Part shown: piece after piece, positions 23,501 to 35,600 of the stretch | Layout: every line of letters starts with the position of its first letter | Numbering within the stretch: the first letter of the stretch is position 1 | NCBI GenBank assembly: GCA_903813345.2 | Contig: CAIIXF020000001.1 | Coordinates: forward strand, 28,892,001-28,956,000 | Reading direction: 5' to 3' | DNA from: Owenia fusiformis | Taxonomy: Eukaryota | Length of the DNA stretch: 64,000 nt | Translations under genes and position numbers: made by a program | Notes under the pieces: generated by a model | What the model saw: the letters and a program-made list of their open reading frames with translations, nothing else | Told to the model about the DNA's origin: nothing | Database searches by the model: none

Positions 23501-23948
23501 TGATCTTTCAGGGGTAATACCCGTGCACATAAAAAGTACAATGCGCATGTGCACGCATGCGCAAAAAGTTAAAAAATGGTGCGCGTCAGATCTGGAATTT
23601 CTCCACTTGAACTGCAATTACACAACAAATAGGACTTATTGTTACCACGCGTCATGAAAAGGGCAAGTTACATTCAATTATCTTCTTAATACCGTTTCTT
23701 ATTCCAGCGCGCCTACTGGAAGTTGGAGAAAACCACTTCACAAGACGGTATATCATAACGGTTCGTCAGCTGGCTTTTGAGCCAGCTTTGTTCAGTAAGG
23801 CACAGCTGAAAAAATAAAAAAAATTGTAAATTCTACCTTTGAGTTGCAACAATAACCCTGGAATGCGAACATCTCCAGCACCAGCAACTTCTGCAGCAAG
23901 AGTGATGATTCTTCTGTCATCCGGATCATATCGATCGTCATCCATCAT
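5584..23948 (-). CDS. IQCB1: IQ calmodulin-binding motif-containing protein 1 (nephrocystin-5), about 592 aa
   Basis: 14 GT-AG exons in continuous frame: 23948-23837, 22363-22201, 21071-20945, 20740-20641, 20289-20190, 19562-19467, 19009-18935, 18598-18490, 18232-18123, 17826-17684, 17451-17294, 16626-16495, 6942-6786, 5780-5584 (1779 nt). Recognisable blocks: RIITLAAEVA, QCCVGIEP, IQ motifs AACTIQAMFRSFKTRK and AAIKIQAQFRGYRQRK, LTDDRRVEL, REALLA, APSL..SRSAPVAAKA, PWWRKL. AATAAA on the - strand near 5322-5327. Confidence 0.95.
6092..6610. mobile_element. TTAA-flanked (Kolobok-like) MITE
   Basis: Weak terminal inverted match TTAAAGGACAACTGAAATAG / CCATTTCATATCTGCTTTAA plus an internal inverted repeat TTGGCCCCCACGTGAT (~6255) / ATCACGTGGGGGCCAA (~6434). 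Confidence 0.45.
7228..8030 (-). mobile_element. Degenerate 3' fragment of a non-LTR retrotransposon (LINE)
   Basis: - strand 7680-7530 translates GKLCSLNVHEDLQHRLLLCEHFKEER, resembling a decayed CCHC zinc knuckle of a LINE ORF2 C-terminus; (TAAA)n-like tail at about 7228-7250. The 5' boundary is uncertain. Confidence 0.5.
8093..8164 (+). tRNA. tRNA-His (GUG), copy 1
   Basis: GCCGTGATCGTCTAGTGGTTAGGACCCCACGTTGTGGCCGTGGTAACCCAGGTTCGAATCCTGGTCACGGCA: full cloverleaf, A and B boxes, T7 terminator just downstream. Confidence 0.97.
8263..8334 (+). tRNA. tRNA-His (GUG), copy 2
   Basis: Identical to copy 1; T-run terminator present. Confidence 0.97.
8432..8503 (+). tRNA. tRNA-His (GUG), copy 3
   Basis: Identical to copy 1; T-run terminator present. 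Confidence 0.97.
8602..8673 (+). pseudogene. Degenerate tRNA-His, copy 4
   Basis: Several substitutions including B-box GTTCGA to GTTTGA and changes in the D, anticodon and variable regions. Confidence 0.75.
8773..8843 (+). pseudogene. Degenerate tRNA-His, copy 5
   Basis: Substitutions in the D arm, a 1-nt deletion and a disrupted T-stem (GAATTCCTGTC). Confidence 0.75.
9325..12420 (+). ncRNA. Putative cluster of diverse pre-miRNA-like stem-loops
   Basis: More than ten 50-95 nt hairpins found by eye, many using G-U pairs on the + strand: 9730-9823, 10553-10607, 10629-10687, 10719-10770, 10930-11015, 11035-11109, 11199-11254, 11293-11348, 11587-11646, 11906-11957, 12001-12050, 12056-12110, 12232-12286. 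Confidence 0.5.
12430..16212. repeat. 122-bp tandem array, about 31 units plus a partial unit
   Basis: TTGGCAAGTGAAGGAGGCACTG recurs at 12448, 12570, 12691, 12813, 12935 ... 15832, 15954, 16076 (period 122). One internally deleted unit at 14033 and a partial unit at 16197. Confidence 0.98.
12439..16140 (+). ncRNA. Putative tandemly amplified pri-miRNA/hairpin-RNA cluster (one hairpin per 122-bp unit)
   Basis: 5' arm UUGGCAAGUGAAGGAGGCACUG pairs with 3' arm CAGUGUCCUUUCUUUUGUCAA around a 9-nt loop, with a basal stem UUACAAGU/AUUCUGUGA. Multiple G-U pairs make it + strand specific; variation is concentrated in the loop and linker. Confidence 0.65.
20424..20586. mobile_element. Short Tc1/mariner (Tigger/pogo-like) MITE family member
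   Basis: AGTAAAACCTGT...ACAGGTTTCACTG termini with internal GTGTTCCACT repeats; related copies at about 36292-36437 and 46092-46276. Confidence 0.6.
21308..21663. mobile_element. hAT-like MITE
   Basis: TIRs CAGGGTTCTCAC.. / ..GTGAGAACCCTG with subterminal AGACTCTGGA repeats; no clean TSD. Confidence 0.6.
21684..22191. mobile_element. Non-autonomous TIR element with a 6-bp TSD
   Basis: TIRs CACTCCCCCCAG / CTGGGGGCAGTG; AATACC at 21678-21683 and 22192-22197; internal TTCTGCA and TTCCGCGGA repeats. Confidence 0.75.
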
Positions 23949-24240
23949 CCCAATACAGATATACACTAAGAAATATCACCGAAATATTGATTTTGACATT
24001 TTGAAATTTAATTCAGAGTTCGCGCGTAATTTATTTTGGACCGCATTTTAGTACTAAATAATACCATTATCTGTTAATACTTAAACATTACATTTAAATC
24101 ATAATTATACGCTTGTACTATAGATTCATCAAGGAAAATATTAAGCTATTATCACATTCATTTATAGAGAAAATAAAAGAAAACGATTCAATCATAAATG
24201 ACCTTCACCTTGCACTCAGTTGACCTTTCAATATTTTGAG
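23949..24240. promoter_or_regulatory. Probable bidirectional promoter between IQCB1 and RPE
   Basis: Only 292 bp separate the divergent start codons (23948 on -, 24241 on +). Confidence 0.65.
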
Positions 24241-27200
24241 ATGGCAGAATCAACATGTGAATGTAAGATTGGTCCTTCTATTTTGAACTCGGATTTGTCA
24301 ATGTTGGCATCCGAGTGTCAGAGAATGATGGATTGCGGGGCTGACTACATTCACCTTGATGTAATGGATGGTGCTTTTGTGCCAAACATCACCTTCGGTC
24401 ATCCTATCGTCAAATGTCTTCGACCAAAATTGCCATCTGCATTCTTTGATATGCACATGATGGTTGCCAAACCAGAACAGGTAAATTGGCACGTCTTTCT
24501 ATTTTTAATCGATGAATACATGCTGGAATATCTACTGATTGAGAGTGTATGCTCTAATGGGGCTCTGTCTGAGTGGGGCAGCCCTGTCAACCCTCACGCA
24601 AATCACGCATTTTGTTGATAGTTTTAAAAGGGGTCAACCCAGTTGTCCGAAACCCAGTTCTCCAAAACCCAGTTTTCCGAAACCCAGTTGTCCGAAACCC
24701 AGTTCTCCGAAACCCAGTTTTCCGAAACCCAGTTGTCCGAAACCCAGTACTCCGAGAATTAGGGGATCTTATTTGAAAAATACAATTTTTTTAAACGAAT
24801 CTCGTTGTCGCAACCTCTGCGAATCACAACATAACATTGGAATAACGTTGACACCATTGCAAAATTAGGCTAAATATGCTAAGTCAAGACGTTAATTGTT
24901 TAATGTTTAGCCTACGAAAGTTCATATACAGGTGATATAGATGTTCAAACAAACAAAGTTAAATTATGTTATTCTCATTGTAAAATGACGTTCACACAAC
25001 ATACATAGATAGGGGTCTACAATTTTTAAACCAATTTTCTTTATGGCCCATGGGCCTTTTTTGAGAGGGAACAACATTTTTCCAATGGGTGATGAGCGTT
25101 CATAAAAGGAAAAATAGCTTTCCCAAGCCAATGGGCATTTATTTAGTAAAGTTGACATGTACATCTTTTGAAACCAAAACATATTCTTCATTTACGTACT
25201 CTGTTCGAGAAATAGAGATTAAATTAAAAGGATGAAGTGAGTACATGGCGAAAATGAAACTTCTTGCGAATGGGAGAACATCCATTTTGATACGAGGACA
25301 GCGTTTCCAGTTGATCCCAAGTGATTAAGTTAAGAATGTTTTGTTCTTTTACGATTTGATAAAATACAGAGACTAAGAAATTAAATGCGACGAAATATTT
25401 TGACAACGTAATATGTATACTGTTTTATTCTTAAAGTACTATATGCGTAAACTTATTTTATCTGTTTCAAAATGATTCATTTTATTTTGCCTATATAAAA
25501 GAGATTGAAGAAGATAAGATAAACTGTTCCGTAATATATTTTTTGTGTTTTGATAACCTTTTTTTAGAATCACAATTTAAAATAAATCCCCCGTTCCTGC
25601 CATTCTGGTAACGTGTGCAATGGATGCAATTCAAAGTGAGAGAGAGAGAGAGAGAGATCTATGAACATCAGAATGCGTCCATGCCATTAATTTGGCCAAA
25701 TACATGGCATGAAACTGGCCTAAGCTTAGTACGTCTCCCCTTTCTCTGGTAAATTATGACTATATTTTTCGGAGTAATGGGTTTCGGACAACTGGGTTTC
25801 GGACAACTGGGTTTCGGACAACTGGGTTTCGGACAACTGGGGTGCACCCGTTTTAATAAGCGTTTTTCATAAAATGCAGATTCGGTAAAATACCGAACAG
25901 CGAAAAAAAGCGAACGCATTTTGTTCGGGTTTTGCACACGATTGCTGTATGCATTTGGTTCAAAATATGTGTATATATCACGCATTTGTTTCGAAAATAT
26001 TTGCACCTACTCCTACCACTTTTCAAGATGTCAGAAGGCAATAGGCAAGATGGAGGAATTTTCTCAATTTGCCAATTTACTTATAATGAATTGGAGATTC
26101 AATTGCATGCCTACCATAAAGATGCTCTTTTTCTGTTTTAGTGGGTTGAGAACATGGCTGATGCAGGTGCAAATCAATATACATTCCATATTGAAGCTAC
26201 AGATGAACCTGAAGCTTGCATCAGGAAAGTGCGTGAAGCAGGAATGAAGGTAAATGCTCCATAAAATACAAATACTCAGATCTATGTACTTGATTCATTT
26301 AAAGGTATATGCAATATGAATGCATGTGTCATTTTGATCCATTCACTCTCTTGGGAACAAAATGGTCTTATTCTATTCTGAATTTAATGTAAAGTAAAGT
26401 ATCAGTACAAAATAGTATAGTGTAGTGTAGTGTAGTGTAGTGCAGTGTAGTATAATGTAGTGTAGTATAGTATAATGTAGTGTTATGTAGTGCAGTGTAG
26501 AAAAGGTACAGTATGGTACAGTTGGTACAGCACAATAGTTACAGTTTCATTTGACTGGTGTGGTTTACACTTGAATGAAAATGACTGTTTTCAGTTTTTC
26601 AATCCAAAGCCAGTAAATGACATTATTATTCTCAATTTGAAACTAAAGAGATCAGACCAAAGATGTACATGTACAAGGAATAAATAAATTGAATGTTTTT
26701 TTCTTACACTACAGGTTGGTCTAGGTATAAAGCCTGGTACTCCAGTAGATGTACTACTCCCCTATGTTAACCATGTAGATATGGTTCTTGTCATGACAGT
26801 TGAACCAGGATTTGGTGGACAGAAATTTATGGCTGATATGATGCCAAAGGTAAGCAAATCCAACTTATTTCATATATAACTACTGTATAACTATTTATTT
26901 TATAGTCTCCAACTTTTTTGTGGATGGTGTTTGGCAGTTGGTGTTCAGTGGTTGGTGTTTGATGGTCAGCATTTAACAATTGGCAGGTGGTGACATTTTG
27001 CATGGCAACACATTGTTTGCGATGTCACAAGTTCAATAACATCCTTCTTTTTATAGAAACTTGTATTCAGTTTTGGGAATTTTGGTATTTTAAAATAATT
27101 TAGTAAATAAAAAATGTGGACTAAATTTTGGAGTAAGTTCTATTCCATAAAGGTTTACCAATATCACCCTGAGACTTCTCGTCAGAGATAAGTCATATTG

Positions 27201-27855
27201 ATGTTACAGTATATATTTTTCCAGGTAGCAACTCTTAGGCAGCAGTCACAGTTACTTGACATTGAAGTAGATGGCGGAGTGGGACCTGCTAATATAGACC
27301 AATGTGCAGAGGTAGGCATTCTGTGGACATTAATGAACATCATATTTTTGGTACATTTCTAGTTTGCACAATACACCATGCAGTAAATGATCTTGTGACT
27401 ATCTAGCCGCAACATTTCCATCCTGGAAATTCTTTAATATGTCACATTCCTAGCGTCACATCATAGATGAGCTTTATTTGGTTGGTTGACTTCGAGTAAC
27501 ACCATACATGACCTCGTGATACCATACCATCAGTATTTCTGTTAACAAATCATCTATACTATTTGGCAAACTGAACAAACCGTAAACCCCATTGAAAACC
27601 TAAATCTATGACCTACATATAGATTAACAGTAAGGTCTAGATCTTCACCAGGGGTATACAATCTCTCCAGTTGACCTCTTAAAAGTAGTTCACATAAATG
27701 AACATGTTGATTTTTAATTGATGTTATTCCAGGCAGGGGCCAACATGATAGTATCAGGTACAGCTGTAGTAAAAAGTGACAATCCACGAGAAGTGATCAA
27801 CCAATTACGTAGATCTGTTCAGGAGGCTATACAGAAATCTCAGTTAGAGAGGTAG
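24241..27855 (+). CDS. RPE: Ribulose-phosphate 3-epimerase, 230 aa
   Basis: Exons 24241-24480, 26142-26249, 26715-26849, 27225-27311, 27733-27855 (693 nt). Motifs [64 protein letters not shown]. Confidence 0.98.
24628..25852. mobile_element. TTAA-flanked (Kolobok-like) non-autonomous element with 15-bp subterminal tandem repeats
   Basis: TTAA-AAGGGGTCAACCC(AGTTGTCCGAAACCC)n on the left and the reverse complement ending GGTGCACCCGTT-TTAA on the right; lies in RPE intron 1. Confidence 0.75.
26413..26500. repeat. (GTGTA/GTATA)n microsatellite
   Basis: Direct inspection. Confidence 0.85.
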
Positions 27856-28865
27856 CCGCTGAAGTATAAACTTAATGGAATAATTGAATTGCCAACACTC
27901 ATCCTAATAGTCTAACTATTTGTATGAATTTTCAACTGTCGATGAAGAATATTTGACACATTTCAAGAAAAATTGGATTTACTTCCATGAAGAATTGGTG
28001 GTTCTTATGTTCAATGATTGAAGGATAGGAACACATCAACAGTAATAGTGTAACATATACATGAACAAATTGTCACATGTTTCATCATAAATTGGAATTC
28101 TGTAGACATCATGGATATTGAACATTGAACAGTTCTATATATGTTTAAATGAAAGCAAAGATGAAACAGTGTGAGGATAGTGCAGCAATAAGGTCAGTTT
28201 TAGTTAAGATGTTTCTTGTTTTGATGTCGTTCATAACAGACTGTACAATTTTAATGTTGAAATATGTACGCTTGAACTTTTTTCTGTACTAGAGTAAAAG
28301 TTGTTACTCTATGCATGTTTATTTGCTTATTCGAACATGACTGTATTCACGCCTTCTATAAACTGTGAACAAAGTCAAAATTTGACCCGGGGTATATTCG
28401 GTAACACTACCCCTGGTAATACAAGTAATTTGTGACGTCATAATGGCGGTTGGTAGTGATGCAATATAGACCTCCGAGCAGGTGTAATATAGATGAATAC
28501 ACCCCTTAGGGTCAATACAACCCACTTGAGATTTGTTTTGCTCATGGTATAGGAAAAGTTTTACCTAAAACACTAGTTTGCTACTTTGTAGATGTATGGC
28601 ACGTATATGTGGACATGTATTGACAATTAATGTTTGGAAATAGCTAGTGGGAGTGTCAGGGACCGCTGATAGATTATAATTTTGAACCAAAAAATTGAAT
28701 TATATTTTTGGCGGTCTCAGTTAATCAATGGGATAATCAGGTCCTACTATGTAGCAAAATCTTTTTTCGTTCGTGGGATATTTTTCTCATCATATTTGTG
28801 CCTAGCCCTGCGAGGTGTATTCGTCGATATAACACCTGCTCTTCGGTTTATATTTCTTAAATAAT

Positions 28866-29099
28866 ATATCAGCCCCGCCTTAGGAAAACCGGTCTTATCA
28901 CAAAAATATAAATTGTGCTAGAGAGCCAAAAATGTGCCCAAGATTAAGAGGAAAATGTGCTAAATTCAAATTCATGTTTTGGTCTATATCTGCGAGGAAA
29001 AATTTATAAGACATAAGCCATGGGACATTTGAAAGGCCTCTTTGTGCTTTTTAAGATAAACAAAAAATCAAGATATTTTCCCGTGGCCTGGCTCATATA
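28866..29099. mobile_element. Short MITE (possibly Sola-like)
   Basis: Imperfect TIRs ATATCAGCCCCGCCTTAGGAAAA / TTTTCCCGTGGCCTGGCTCATAT. Confidence 0.45.
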
Positions 29100-29613
29100 C
29101 TGTACTGTGTTAACGATGATAATCCTGTATACAGATCATTAGACATAAAATACATGTACAAATGCATTTTGTACATATGCATGTACAAAAAGTTATCTTG
29201 TTTATAAATACTAGAACTGTAGTTAACTATTAATAGTAACTATTATTTTTTATCCAATGATCTGCAATTGGATATGTATTTATTACAAATGCACAACATA
29301 ATTAACAGAACATTATAAATGATATGTATCTTAAAGATACTTTTTTGTAGAAATATATTTATCTTAAAATATATTAGAATGCTGTGTTGAATGAAATGTA
29401 GCACATTAAAAGTAAGTTTTTCGTCTCACATCTCCTGTGATTGGAAAGTGTCCGTTCTTTCTTCCAACCTTTTCTTGGCACTTTTAGTCTCTATCCATAA
29501 GATTTCACATTTATGTACTATATGGCCAGTTTCTTATTCGTTCCTTTTTACAATTTAACTATGGAGTCTCAAGAGAACTTCACTTCAAATGTCTGTTTTC
29601 TACTTTTATCAAG

Positions 29614-32600
29614 TTATTTTTTGTTCTTGACTCCTCGTTCAAGATCTGCCATCAATCTGAGGCAGCGTTCATCTTGCCAAGGCAGTGTAATACATTGTAC
29701 TGCCACTGGGAGTCCTTCACTACCCTCCATATGCTGAAATTATACACGTGCCTTCCTTAGTCAGTTGTTTTATAAAACCCCAAAATTTGACTTAGATGTA
29801 GAGAAGTTCATAACAAAATATAGTAATAATAAAAGTGATATTTTTTATCAAGTTCTCAATTTTAGCAACTTATCAGCAGGAGTACAGTACCAGATGAGAA
29901 TTTAAAACTTCCTTCTTAATTTTATCTATCCAGATTAAAATCTAGTTGCGCCAAGTTTGGAAATGTAGATCAGAATAAAGAAGAATTTTGTACCCAGTCT
30001 AGAACTAACTACAGAGAAGCTTTAAAGGGAATTTCTTTGTCTCATTAGTGACCTTTGATCACTGGACCAAAACCAGAATTCTCACCTTTTTTATACGTCT
30101 ACTAGCAAACGTTGAAGCCTTCCAATGCTTTAGATTTTCCTGGTCAGATTTTGTTACCTTGGTTACGGGAAGAACACCAGCTGGGAAATTCAAGACATTC
30201 CACAAGGCAAAGTATGCCAGAATTTGACCTGGATCAAAACAGAATTTTATCAATTGAAGTATTATCAATTCTTAGATTTAATATCTGATTATTATGCATT
30301 GTCTCCTTAGTGATGTCCCATAATAACTGCTAATATATTACATACTGTAAATATATCTTGAGACCAACTTATGGGCACAGTATTGCTGATATATTGAGAA
30401 AATCAACGAAACAACCAACTGTTAGATTTTAACACAATTTCGCTAGTTTGAACTATTTGCTATGGAAGGGAATTCCTGTTGCATGGCATGAGCATCATCA
30501 CATGACTTTAACCCAGGCAGCCAATCAGATTCAGAGCTGTTTTTTGTGTTTTTTTGGAATTTCTGACCATCCAGTAAATAATTCAAAATTATCAAGGCCA
30601 GGGGTACTCTAATTGTGCTCCAATTAGACAGTGCCTGTGACAGGAAATTGTCTCAGATATCAATGCATCAGTCAGACATTCCTAAATCTTATTTGGATTA
30701 ATTTCTGGGTTTTTCAGTTTAACATCATTAGACTAATTTCAGACATTGTCATTTTTCACTCAATGACTCATTTAATTGTGTTGTTTACCAACATAATCTT
30801 CTGGGTTTCCAGTAGGCATAGCAACTGATCCATAAGCCGGAGCAATCACTGCATCGAGGCCAGCTCTCTTCCAGTGGTCAATGAAGCGACCTGTCAGTTT
30901 CTGGAATCAGTTATATAAAGTGCATTCAATATTTAGAATCATTGGTGTTATTGAAATTTTCTTGAAGTTGGCCTACGCTTGCCAAAAAGGAAATTAAATA
31001 TCATATTGAGACATAATTCTCTCTTACCTCGCACAGTGCTGTAACATCCCACCAATCTTGACACCTCCTGCAAATAAACACATAAGAATTGCAACTTGTA
31101 CATTTTCCATGCAAAACTCGTATGTACCTATATTTATCCAATACTTACTAGTGTTATAGGTAAATAACATGTGGGAATATAATTAATATCTGAGGTAAGC
31201 GGGTGATATATGTATCTCCCACTGAGGTGAGCAGGAGATATACTGTACATTACTGGCTCATCACGAATTACATTCTGTGTTTTTTGTGCACTGAACAATA
31301 TAAACGCCAAAGCTTTAAAAAACTACAAATGTTAAGAACTTTAAATTGAGATTAAATATTCATGTTTTGATTGTATAATTATCACAATTGTAATTATTTC
31401 ATGAAGGTTCCATAACATTCAATGTACATGTATACTTGATCATAATCATATCTCTCGCTAGATTCAATATATCAACCTTTGGTCTCGGTGATCATTCCTC
31501 CGGTGGATATATTGTATTTCCCTCAGATTATACCCTGTATCAAAAACCTCCCATTAGATAACCTCAATATGTTGAGTTTATGTAGTAACAATTGTTGGAT
31601 TGAATTGAATCTACTGATATTCACTTACTTCATTTTTGAAGATGATTCAATAGTTGCCGCCTCATCCTTCATCTGCAAAAGAATCACAACCAGAGTATCA
31701 TTCAAAGTTTCCTTGTTTTATTTTTTCATTTAGATTTCCAATTCTAAACTAGATTCCATCGATATTACCTGAGTTAATGCTCGTCATAACTGGCAGAATG
31801 ATAGTAAACAAACTTATTCTTTCTGTAATTGAATAATACTTGGCAAAAAGGGTGTTAATGAATGAAGGAGAATGCAAATAATATGTAGGATAGTGTTAAT
31901 GAATGGAGGAGAATGCCAAATATATAGGATAGTGTTAATGAATGAAGGAGAATGCAAATAATATGTAGGATAGTGTTAATCAATGAAGGAGAATGACAAT
32001 AATATGTAGAATAGTGTTAATGAATGAAGGGGAATGCCAATAATATGTAGGATAGTGTTAATGAATGAAGGAGAATGCCAATAATATGTAGGATATTGTT
32101 AATGAATGAAGGAGAATGCCAACAATATGTAGGATAGTGTTAATGAATGAAGGAGAATGCCAATACATGTAATATGTAGGATAGTGTTAATGAATGAAGG
32201 AGAATGCCAATAATATGTAGGATAGTGTTAATGAATGGAGGAGAATGCCAAATATATAGGATAGTGTTAATGAATGAAGGAGAATGCGAATAATATGTAG
32301 GATAGTGTTAATGAATGAAGAAGAATGCCAAATATATAGGATAGTGTTAATGAATGAAGGAGAATGCAAATAATATGTAGGATAGTGTTAATGAATGGAG
32401 GAGAATGCCAAATATATAGGATAGTGTTAATGAATGGAGGAGAATGCAAATAATATTTAGGATAGTGTTAATGAATGGAGGAGAATGCCAAATATATAGG
32501 ATAGTGTTAATGAATGTAGGGTGGGGTATATCACAAAGAAAAATAGGCTGTAGATACCATATGATATGTACATGTATGTGCACATGTCTTGTATAGACTA

Positions 32601-35600
32601 AATATTCTTGGACAAATACTAATACATACACCTATCAAACTGAGAAAGTGCTTTAGGCAGGTTTTCAGCCACATTGGTGCTACATGGGTGAATGCTAACA
32701 TCCTCGTAGTTGGATCTATTATCTCACCTTTCCTTTAACAGAGAACAGTAGTTAATGATTTAGTTTCTTTATATATTGTTTCTTTATATCTTATTTTTAA
32801 ACGTATAAAGATTATAGGATCAGTTTTTAGATTAATTAAGCAGACAGATGTTTGATTGGAATTTACTACACCTTGGCATAGGTAAAATTGAATTCTTTCA
32901 GAAGTAGGAAACCAAACCAGTGTTCTCCCTGGGATTTTTTTATCAAATGGGTTCAAGTTTCGCCACCAGGTGGCAAATTCGGGGGAAATAACATGGTAGG
33001 GTATTACAAAGTTCCCTTAAACTTGAATATTCATCAGTTTTAGTGGTTAACTTTTCATATTACCCTTATGTATTTGATAGTTATACAAATTGAAATATGT
33101 CCAGTAAAAAAAAAAATTATCTGCCCAACACAAGAAAAGATATTTCACTTTTTGTGATTTTACAACATGGGGAATCTCCCTGACCTAGAAGTCAAATATT
33201 TAATGACGTAAATCAAGATTATTTCTACTCGCATCTAGTTTATTTAGACAAAATTTGGTCAAAATATCTATTTTTCATGATATTTTTCATTTTAAAGTGG
33301 GTGCAAATGGATTCTCAGGTGGATGCAAGCCTATTTTTAAAATCTCAGGTGGGTGCAGTGCCTACTTGCCTTAATTCCGGGGAGATCACTGCATACTGTA
33401 CTTACAAGGACTTGTAATGTTCTGTGCAACTTTCCCCAATTATACAGGGGGTGTAGACATCACGAAAAAGTTCTTGGACAAAGGGAGGTTTGAATTCTAC
33501 AAGCTGAAATACAGTGTACAATTAATAATCAAGTCGTATACTATTATGCATAATTAAAAAATATTGAGGAGACATCTTGTTCTTCATGGTTTAAATTGTG
33601 TATCATCGCGATTGCGACCCGTGGGGCGCGTAGAGAACTTTACTATCCTACCAAACTTTATTAATTGAGAATTGTTGAAGAGAAAAACAAGTTTTATACT
33701 TAAATGACCACAAATTCTGATATAATTTTGAATTAGTCAGTAAAACAAGCTAAAATGTTACTCACTGTATGCCCCTGATGTTCCAAAATCTGTTTAGCCT
33801 CTCTCACAGCCCTCTGTACAGCTGGTATGGCTTCAAACAATGGTGGATCAAAGCTTGCGAAGTAGCCTATCTTCATTGGCCTTTTGTCTTCATAAATCTG
33901 CATCAAGTACACAACATATTTATTAATGGTCACAGAGTATTTAATTACATCAATGGTGAAGACTCTATTGCTTAATTCTACAAACCCACACAAACTAATA
34001 TAGGAACCTGTTTGTTGAACACCAAAGGTGGTGTTGTTGGAGCCAGTTGGAAGAGCTGATCAGTTAATAAAGCCTCCATACATACTGCTAGACCATTCAC
34101 ATCCTTAGCTAGGGGGCCGAATGTAGCTGGAATGGTCTTCTCTCCTTTGAACATCTCCAAATTGTCATCATTGCTAGAATGAATGAAATATCCTAATAAA
34201 CCCAATACATAAATTGTTATTTTTGTTCATGTCAAATACAAGTTCAACCAGTCTACACCTTTGAGCCCAATGTTGGACTGGATCGTGACTGTTTGAATAT
34301 TCCAACATAGTACCAAAGTTGTGGTGTTGCATGATTCTTAGGCATCGGTTGGTATGTTTTGGTTCAAAAACTGTTTGGTTTGGTTTTTACAGAAGGTTGA
34401 TTCAGAAAAATATGGCTACTTGTGATTGTGTAGTAAGCAAAATGTTAAAAGTGAAATAAGAACCAAAAGACCGAAAGGTCAAACAGTTGCAAACTGAACC
34501 ATATCAAGAAACTATGAAACCGTTTGAGCCCAAGTCTGAAGACACCAACCTTAATCTTCCTGCAGTTGGCTTAAAACCACAGCAACCACAGAATGTAGCT
34601 GGACACCTTATACTTCCTCCAATGTCACTCCCAATTCCTAAGACTGACCCCCCTCCTCCTATAATAGCACCCTCACCCCCCGAGGAACCTCCTGGCCCCC
34701 TCTTCTTGTCATGGGGATTCAATGAAGTACCAAACACTGGATTTGAAGTCTCCAAACTGAAACAAAGTACCATGATCTGTTTATGCACTAACTCCATTTG
34801 TCATCCTCCGATCACAGGGCTTCAAAATCCAGAATATATTCTTTATTTTTACCCCCTGCAATAAGCAGTTAGCATTTCCCCGATTAAGAATTCGCAATCT
34901 GATTGGCTGTCGCAACACTGCGACAGAAATCACGTATAAGCCATTGTGCATAATTAGATCATGTTATTCAGTTTAATTGGGCGCTTCCAAATTGGTTATA
35001 GCAGGAGGAAGAAGGAGGTACGGATTCTGGATACCTGCTTAGGAGGATGCCATTTGTAGAACAGTAAAAATCTAAAATATATTGAAGATGATATGAATCT
35101 TTTGATCTAACACCTGAACTTGAGATAAATCTTTAGATTTCATATCTGAACATGAGATAAATATAAAGACTTCATACCTGGACATATCAAGTTTTTAGAT
35201 CAGTTTTTTCATACTTAACAAAGATTTCATATCTGAGCCTGAAATTAAATCTTTCAGACTTAAACTCAAGCATGAACATAAGATCAAATCTTTAGATTTC
35301 ATATCTGAACATGAGATCAGCTTTTTCATACTTAACAAAGATTTCATATCTGAGCATGATATTAAATCTTTGAACATGAGATAAATCTTTAGATTTCATA
35401 CCTGAACATAAATCTTTAGATTTCATACCTGAACATGAGCTGTGTGGAATCTTTAGATTTCATACCTGAACATGAGCTGTGGTACATTGGTTTTCACAAA
35501 TGGAACAGCACCTTGTGACCTTAACACTTGCACAATGGATTGGTCCATTAATGAAGGTTTGAAGATGGACTGAGTGAGTCCAATTGTCTGGTCATATCCC

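Noticed and set aside
24539-26006. PKPSC-repeat ORFs on both strands
   Set aside because: Produced by the 15-bp subterminal repeats of a transposon inside RPE intron 1.
31769-31822. Possible extra FAAH-like exon with AG/GT boundaries
   Set aside because: Stop codons in two frames, and the third frame is incompatible with the downstream exons.
32187-32631. Overlapping ORFs [11 protein letters not shown]...
   Set aside because: Translations of the 40-bp minisatellite.
34487-34864. 125-aa + strand ORF and similar antisense ORFs (17644, 18449, 35817, 49200)
   Set aside because: Antisense shadows of real exons.
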